This document shows positions 58,504-64,000 of a DNA stretch of 64,000 bases, one piece after another. This stretch comes from a virus (lineage: Duplodnaviria > Heunggongvirae > Uroviricota > Caudoviricetes). The number at the start of each line of letters is the position of its first letter. Position 1 is the first letter of the stretch. The notes beneath the pieces were generated by a model that made no database searches, had not been told where the DNA came from, and saw nothing but the letters and a program-made list of their open reading frames with translations. The stretch is taken from positions 10,063 to 74,062 of the IMG/VR virus record IMGVR_UViG_3300037454_000941; one strand, written 5' to 3'. The position numbers were made by a program, and so were the translations under genes.

Positions 58504-59673
58504 GTGACGATGGCAATCGATTATTCCGACATACCGGCTGGGGTATACGATGGTATCATACGTGAGATGTACGGTGACTACAACCTGAAAGACCGTAAAG
58601 ATCACTATGAATTCGTGTGTCCAGTGTGTGGAGATATGCGTTTTCCCAACAAGCGGAAAGCGTGGATATATAAGGATACTTGGAAATATATATGCTTCAA
58701 GTGTCCGTGTTCCATGCCGTTTGCAAAATATCTCAAGGAAACCGAGCCAGAGATGTACAAGAGACTGTTGCACTCGGCTTTTGGATCGATTCCTGAGAAA
58801 CCTCGGCATGTTGAGAAAAAACAGGAAGAATTGCGGCCAGAAACGCAGCCGGGATTACCGTTCATGCCCGGTGAAATTATTCCGATTACGAGCAACCATC
58901 CTTTGGCACGGGCTGGGTTGGACCTGTGCAGGTCAAGAAAGATCAGGCCGGAAGTATTCGAGAAGTGGTTTGTGTGTCTCGAAGGGGACCAATTCCGGTG
59001 GCGTGACCAGTTCGGGCGTTATATTGTTAACCCGGATACCGGGAGACCGCGCGGGAACGAATACAGGAATCGCATCATCATTCCATTCTATCGATTTGGC
59101 GGCAGCTGGGGGCAATTTGATGCGCGCGCAATCGACCCGACCAATCCTCGGCGGTACCTGAATTTTGCCGGTGCGAAGCGCATTGCTTACAATATCGATT
59201 TCATTCGTGTCGATCGTCCATTCTACATTCTGGAAGGTACCATAGATTCGACCTTTATCCCGAATTCAATCGGGATTGGCGGTACAGAGCATCTCGATAG
59301 CATCTTGATGGACAACCCGCAACTTATGCAGAATAAGCAGAATGCAATATTCATATGGGATAACGATAATGCCGGACGGGATGCGCGCATGAAAACATGC
59401 CGTGCAGGGTGCAAGTGGTTCACGTGGGAAGGCATTACTGAGAAGGACGTTAATGGGGAAGTGATGCATGGCACCGCGTTTCCTCTTGATGCGAATGGAT
59501 TCGTCAAACAGGAAGTTATTGATTCCAGGACGCGCGATGCCGCCGGATCGGAAATATTGTTCATGCTGAAATACGGCAATGTAGCTAAGGAAAAGTACAG
59601 GCATGCCATGACGGCACGGCGCGAAGCGAGGGAGCGCCGTAACGCGGCAAATACTCCGGAGGTGCTTTTCTAA
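58504..59673 (+). CDS. DNA primase (T4 gp61-like)
   Basis: CPVCGD...CFKC zinc finger, RIIIPF, TOPRIM LEGTIDS and WDNDNAG, KDVN. Confidence 0.92.
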   Translation: MTMAIDYSDIPAGVYDGIIREMYGDYNLKDRKDHYEFVCPVCGDMRFPNKRKAWIYKDTWKYICFKCPCSMPFAKYLKETEPEMYKRLLHSAFGSIPEKPRHVEKKQEELRPETQPGLPFMPGEIIPITSNHPLARAGLDLCRSRKIRPEVFEKWFVCLEGDQFRWRDQFGRYIVNPDTGRPRGNEYRNRIIIPFYRFGGSWGQFDARAIDPTNPRRYLNFAGAKRIAYNIDFIRVDRPFYILEGTIDSTFIPNSIGIGGTEHLDSILMDNPQLMQNKQNAIFIWDNDNAGRDARMKTCRAGCKWFTWEGITEKDVNGEVMHGTAFPLDANGFVKQEVIDSRTRDAAGSEILFMLKYGNVAKEKYRHAMTARREARERRNAANTPEVLF

Positions 59674-61688
59674 TGTTGGCTAGATTGGTTAGCAGGAAGG
59701 GTGAACCGCAGCCGGAGTTTGTGTCGGCTGCATGGGTGGCGAAATTCATCCGACGCGACGCCGATTATGTCAAGAAAATAAAGCTCCTGGAAGAAGTTCC
59801 CTTCAAGATTGATGGAAGCGGGCACAAAATATACAAGCTGGATGTCGTGAAGAACCGGGTGTATAAGTACAAGCTCACTCCCCCCGTGACAGATCACCCA
59901 TTGTTTGAAATGAGCCAGGAAGAGGCCTTGCTCTATCTCGGAATAGCCAACCCTACGATGTACATGAATCATGTCAGGAAAGGGGACATAACGGTTCATG
60001 TGGGGAGCGATGGCAGGAAAAAGGTGTATCGTAAGGATGCCGACAGGTTTCTCCGCACATTTGACCGAAATTACTTGTTGCAGTACATTCGTGAGCCATT
60101 ATTAATGTATGATGCGGCCCAAATACTTGGCGTTAACAGGAATTATATGGCGCAATTGATACGGAAGCACCAGATTTTTCCTGAACCACGCAAGAAGCGC
60201 GAGTATCGACGCATAAGCCAGGCAAGCATCATCAAATTCGTGACCGACCACCAAGGAGGAAGGAAGTTCAGGAAGCATCCCATCCCCGATTACATGAGTA
60301 GGGCGGTCGCGGAAATCTATTGCTCACCGATTCCCGATGCGAGGAATGCCCTTAGGGCGAGACTTATCGTCGCCGAGCAGTACGTTGACACCAACGGGAA
60401 ACGTAAGTGGGGAATAAGCAAGGCGAAACTGGATGACTTCATTGACAAATGTTGGGCGGGGCGTTGCTATGGTACGCCAACGAAAAAATATTATACCGCA
60501 AGAAACATCGAGTGTAAGTTTGACAAGAGCAAGGCATGGATTGATCAGTTTATCCGCGGAAAATGCACCCGGGTGAACCGATATGGCGTGGCCTCGAAAA
60601 CTGGGTTCAACTGTGGGTGGGCCAAGGAAGAAGTCGAAGCTATCGTGAATTCTGGAGTCGATTATTGCCCCGAAATCAAGCTACCGTCACAGGTGCACAG
60701 AAATGAACCCAAGCGATATGTTGCGCCAAAGCCGCGCGAGTATGAAATGTTGCCCGTGAGGGATGCGATAGAGGCCGCCCTTGATAACGCATATTCCGAG
60801 CGGGAGTTCCAGAAGGAGCAGCAGGCGCGGGAGACAATGCGGCGTCGCAAGCAAATGATAGCTGAGCGAGAAGCAATTCGCGTCGAACTGGGTTATGAGC
60901 CGGTTAGGCCTCCGAGCGTGCGTAGGGAAAACCTGCTTAGGAACTCACAGGTACGGGAAATCATATCCCTGGTGTACAACCATCAGGCATGCAGTATCTA
61001 TAAGGATAAGTCACTTTCGAGGTTCGATCTTGCGGTATTTTCATATGACCGCAAGTTTAAACTGCGTCGTAAGGTGGCCCATAACTCGGTAACCAGGTTA
61101 ATACAGTATGGGATTTCGAGACAGATTACACCGCATGTCCAGTTGCTCCCTGAGTGGATAGTCATTGTGCCAGCCACGTCCTATATACCGGATATCAATT
61201 TTCATGACATTTTGCGTTCCGTGCCACCCGAGGTAATGGCGGTCGCACCCTATGGATATGGCTACCGGACCGAAGATGGGCGTTGGGGGAAATGCATGAA
61301 GACATACGGATTGTATCAGCAATACAGTCTGACTCCGGTACGCTCCGAATACGTGGTGGGCACCTGTGGGGTGGGCGGGATGAACCCGGTGGAAGTCCTT
61401 GGGGGCCCGTTTGTTGCAATTCGCGGCGAAATGCTTGACAAGATGTCCGAAATTCACTATTTTAATGTACTGGGTGAATGTCGATGGGCAGTCCCGTTCA
61501 TCATATCGGGCATATGTCACAGATATCATCTCGGGATGATGCAGATTCCGGTGCTTTCTTCATGTTGCGCGGATTTTTGTATCAAGCCGGGGACGGCCAG
61601 ATGGATAGAGGTCGAAAATCGCATCATCCAATATGAATGCGCATCTGTCCAGGAAATATCAACCAACAGGAAAAAGGAATCATTCTGA
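59673..61688 (+). CDS. Multi-HTH (MerR/Xis-like) protein with C-terminal degenerate glycosyltransferase-like domain
   Basis: MSQEEALLYLGI and LLMYDAAQILGVNRNYMAQLIRKHQI HTH repeats; C-terminal PVEVLGGPFVAIRGEML resembles GT2-like folds. Confidence 0.5.
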   Translation: MLARLVSRKGEPQPEFVSAAWVAKFIRRDADYVKKIKLLEEVPFKIDGSGHKIYKLDVVKNRVYKYKLTPPVTDHPLFEMSQEEALLYLGIANPTMYMNHVRKGDITVHVGSDGRKKVYRKDADRFLRTFDRNYLLQYIREPLLMYDAAQILGVNRNYMAQLIRKHQIFPEPRKKREYRRISQASIIKFVTDHQGGRKFRKHPIPDYMSRAVAEIYCSPIPDARNALRARLIVAEQYVDTNGKRKWGISKAKLDDFIDKCWAGRCYGTPTKKYYTARNIECKFDKSKAWIDQFIRGKCTRVNRYGVASKTGFNCGWAKEEVEAIVNSGVDYCPEIKLPSQVHRNEPKRYVAPKPREYEMLPVRDAIEAALDNAYSEREFQKEQQARETMRRRKQMIAEREAIRVELGYEPVRPPSVRRENLLRNSQVREIISLVYNHQACSIYKDKSLSRFDLAVFSYDRKFKLRRKVAHNSVTRLIQYGISRQITPHVQLLPEWIVIVPATSYIPDINFHDILRSVPPEVMAVAPYGYGYRTEDGRWGKCMKTYGLYQQYSLTPVRSEYVVGTCGVGGMNPVEVLGGPFVAIRGEMLDKMSEIHYFNVLGECRWAVPFIISGICHRYHLGMMQIPVLSSCCADFCIKPGTARWIEVENRIIQYECASVQEISTNRKKESF

Positions 61689-62554
61689 TGCAGGAAATAA
61701 GATTCAGTAAGCCGTTCTTCGAGGTGATCAAGCAAGTCTGTATGGTCACGAAAGCCAAGGGTGTCAAGCTGTTCCATGATGGCGACCGGAGCTGCCTGAA
61801 TATCCACAACGAAAACAGCTTCATTCACATAAGCGCCGGCCCGAATGATTTCTCCTTTGACGGGTTTGAAGTCAACGTGTCGTCCTTTAGTGAATTCATC
61901 AAGTTTTCGGAGCTGATTGGCTATCCCGATGAGGGCTCTATTGTACTGGATAACGAAGAAACCCTGGCCGGGCACATATACGAATTTATCAAGTTCAGTA
62001 ACAGCCAGGATACTGCGCGTAGCGTTACCGCCGATCCCGCATGTTTCAATGTGGAAGATGACCTTAAAGTTCCCGCTTCCAGGGACAGTGATCCAATGAG
62101 TTTGCTGTCGACTATCAGAATGACCAAGCGTGACCTTGATAAGTATGTGCAGAAACTGAGACTTGTCCCCGGATGCCAGTTCTTTAGCGTAAAGGTTGCC
62201 GAGAACGGCGAGGTGAAGTTCTATTTCAAGGGGCGCGTTGGGCAGCAGATCACCACCAAGGTCGATTACACGATGACCTTGCCCGGGGATCAACGGGCCA
62301 TAGCTGTCGCGTATGGTCCCAAGTCGAAACAGCGGTTCCGTAAGATACCGGTCACCCTGTTTACAGTGATGAAGGGCTTGGGGTGTGAACAATATGACCT
62401 TGAAGTGCGTTATATTGCCGATGATTACGACTCCATCGCAATGAAAGCGTTCGCGAACTTGCAGGGACTGGACCCGGTTCACCCCATAGTCATCTATATC
62501 AACATGGTGGAATGTTCCGGCGCCGAGGAAAACGCGGAAGAACTCGTTGAATAA
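61688..62554 (+). CDS. Sliding clamp (T4 gp45-like)
   Basis: MQEIRFSKPFFEVIKQV start, VNVSSFSEFIKFSELI, two-domain size, position in the replication operon; clamp loader present in window. Confidence 0.6.
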   Translation: MQEIRFSKPFFEVIKQVCMVTKAKGVKLFHDGDRSCLNIHNENSFIHISAGPNDFSFDGFEVNVSSFSEFIKFSELIGYPDEGSIVLDNEETLAGHIYEFIKFSNSQDTARSVTADPACFNVEDDLKVPASRDSDPMSLLSTIRMTKRDLDKYVQKLRLVPGCQFFSVKVAENGEVKFYFKGRVGQQITTKVDYTMTLPGDQRAIAVAYGPKSKQRFRKIPVTLFTVMKGLGCEQYDLEVRYIADDYDSIAMKAFANLQGLDPVHPIVIYINMVECSGAEENAEELVE

Positions 62555-62616
62555 GCCGAGCGACACTATAAACTTCTTCCAAACGAAGTTTTTAGAGGTC
62601 AACCGTGTCAACTAGC

Positions 62617-64000
62617 ATGTCGCGCCAGGAACTCCTGGAAAAATTGGGCAAGATGGGTTATGTGAAGACCCAGAGCGGGCCAGTAGTTTCGGCCAAGAAG
62701 GAAATGATTGACACCATAACTAAGGGTGTACCAAAGAAGGTCAAGGACCAGACCAAGGAAAAGTGGGATCGTCGGAAGTACGAGAATCATCCCTTGACCA
62801 TGAACAAGAATTACCTTAACCTGAAGGACATCGGGGTCAAGATTGTCACCGAATCCAGGTCACGCGCGTTGACTGAGGCGGGTGAGCTAAATTTCAACAT
62901 CGATCTTCCGGTTCTCAACCAGGAATCTCTGTCTGGGAAGTTTAAATGTCTCGGGCATGATTTCGTGATTCAAGTGGTTGCCCCGAATGATAACGGGGAG
63001 ATTAGTATCTCGCTCGAAGATGAGACCACTGGGAAGACCTCACTGCATAGCTTCTCTACCGAATCCGATGAAATGAAGGGTAATTTGGCCAACGTAATCA
63101 AGCGCACCGCAGTTGACATGGTAAAGAATGCCGACACGGCATCAAGTTATGATGAAATGATGGGAGGCGTTGGTGCGGCCACCGGATTTGTGGGGAACGA
63201 CAATTTCAATGACGTAAATTTCAATGACCTCAATGTTGCCGAGATGGGACCTAGTGCCCTGGTCAAGAACGAATCGGTGGACTGGCAGCTCGAGGCACTG
63301 CGTGATATCTGTGACCGTGCGGTCATGGAAGCGGGTGGAAATTTTGGCCCGGATGACTTTGCTGCACCGGAAGACCCCAATTCAACACAAAACCAGGGCC
63401 CGGTGGCAGATCCAAACGCCCAGGTACCCCCGCAGGGTGCTGGCGACGTAAATTCTGATCCTACTGCACCATCGAATGGTAATGCAAAGAAGATGGCGGA
63501 ATTCACCACGTTCTGCGACCCTGGGGTTGGTGATGAGGGTTCCGGCCTTTCCCAGAAAGCGGTTGACACTCTGAACAAGATCATCGCGGCGGCATACACC
63601 CAGGATTTGGAGGATGACAGTTCCGGTGTTCGCCCCGACGAGGATGAAATCTATAATGGTTGGGCGGGGACTACGGCACAGCCGCGTGACGTGGCGGTCT
63701 CGACATTCCTCAAGTTCAAGAAGTATGCCGCGCTTGGCAACCAGGAACTCCCGGTCGATGGGCTGGTCAAGATGGCCGAGGCCCTTGAAGACGGCATTGA
63801 CTACAAGACGTTTAACCAGCGCCTTGGCCAATGGTTCCCGGAAGTATACAACGAAGACGGCACCAGTATCACCGATGTTGATGCCCAGACTGCAGCAATG
63901 CATCTTCCGGGGGATGACACGACTGGCACCGGCGTGGGCTTTGATCCGAACGCTCCTATCGGGGACCCGAATGGCGGAATGGGCGGTACCGCGGATATGA
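62617..64000 (+). CDS. Hypothetical acidic protein, late-promoter class (runs off window end)
   Basis: Not in the ORF track. Manual reading MSRQELLEKLGKMGYVKTQ...IVTESRSRALTEAG...QLEAL...VMEAGG stays open to the window end; TATAAACT at 62567. Confidence 0.75.
   Translation, partial: MSRQELLEKLGKMGYVKTQSGPVVSAKKEMIDTITKGVPKKVKDQTKEKWDRRKYENHPLTMNKNYLNLKDIGVKIVTESRSRALTEAGELNFNIDLPVLNQESLSGKFKCLGHDFVIQVVAPNDNGEISISLEDETTGKTSLHSFSTESDEMKGNLANVIKRTAVDMVKNADTASSYDEMMGGVGAATGFVGNDNFNDVNFNDLNVAEMGPSALVKNESVDWQLEALRDICDRAVMEAGGNFGPDDFAAPEDPNSTQNQGPVADPNAQVPPQGAGDVNSDPTAPSNGNAKKMAEFTTFCDPGVGDEGSGLSQKAVDTLNKIIAAAYTQDLEDDSSGVRPDEDEIYNGWAGTTAQPRDVAVSTFLKFKKYAALGNQELPVDGLVKMAEALEDGIDYKTFNQRLGQWFPEVYNEDGTSITDVDAQTAAMHLPGDDTTGTGVGFDPNAPIGDPNGGMGGTADM

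Noticed and set aside
1-64000. Stop-codon reassignment as seen in some large gut phages
   Set aside because: Core genes are full length in the standard code and end in TAA, TAG and TGA
1-64000. tRNA, rRNA, introns or inteins
   Set aside because: No cloverleaf or rRNA-like segment noticed; helicases, primase and UvsX appear uninterrupted. Checked by eye only.

Overview
This window is a 64 kb segment of a large, lytic T4-like myovirus (probably a jumbo phage) read in the standard genetic code. It carries a nearly complete T4-type replication/recombination set: gp47/gp46 nuclease, UvsY, UvsW, UvsX/RecA, gp44/gp62 clamp loader, gp45 clamp, gp41 helicase, gp61 primase, gp32 SSB, RNase H and a RuvC-like resolvase. 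It also has tail tube, tail sheath and gp25-like baseplate genes, host-like accessory genes (DnaJ, M16 peptidase, DUF4422, an ankyrin-like protein), and many large orphan ORFs behind a shared TATAAA(C/T) late-promoter-like box. Three different TnpB transposons (one IS607, two tnpA-less IS200/IS605) and a ~197 bp mini-element that keeps only the ends and the omegaRNA scaffold are all intergenic. The most notable unexplained structures are: (1) a winged-helix plus minimal family-A polymerase gene behind a structured non-coding region with two 37-bp direct repeats and long hairpins, at the main strand switch; (2) prion-like P/Q/G/F low-complexity extensions on several replisome proteins; (3) TnpB elements carrying the phage late-promoter box; (4) an 11-bp-phased array of DnaA-box-like 9-mers; (5) a shared helical motif in putative head-packaged proteins; (6) two degenerate glycosyltransferase-HTH fusions. 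All product calls come from motif recognition by eye; no database searches were run.
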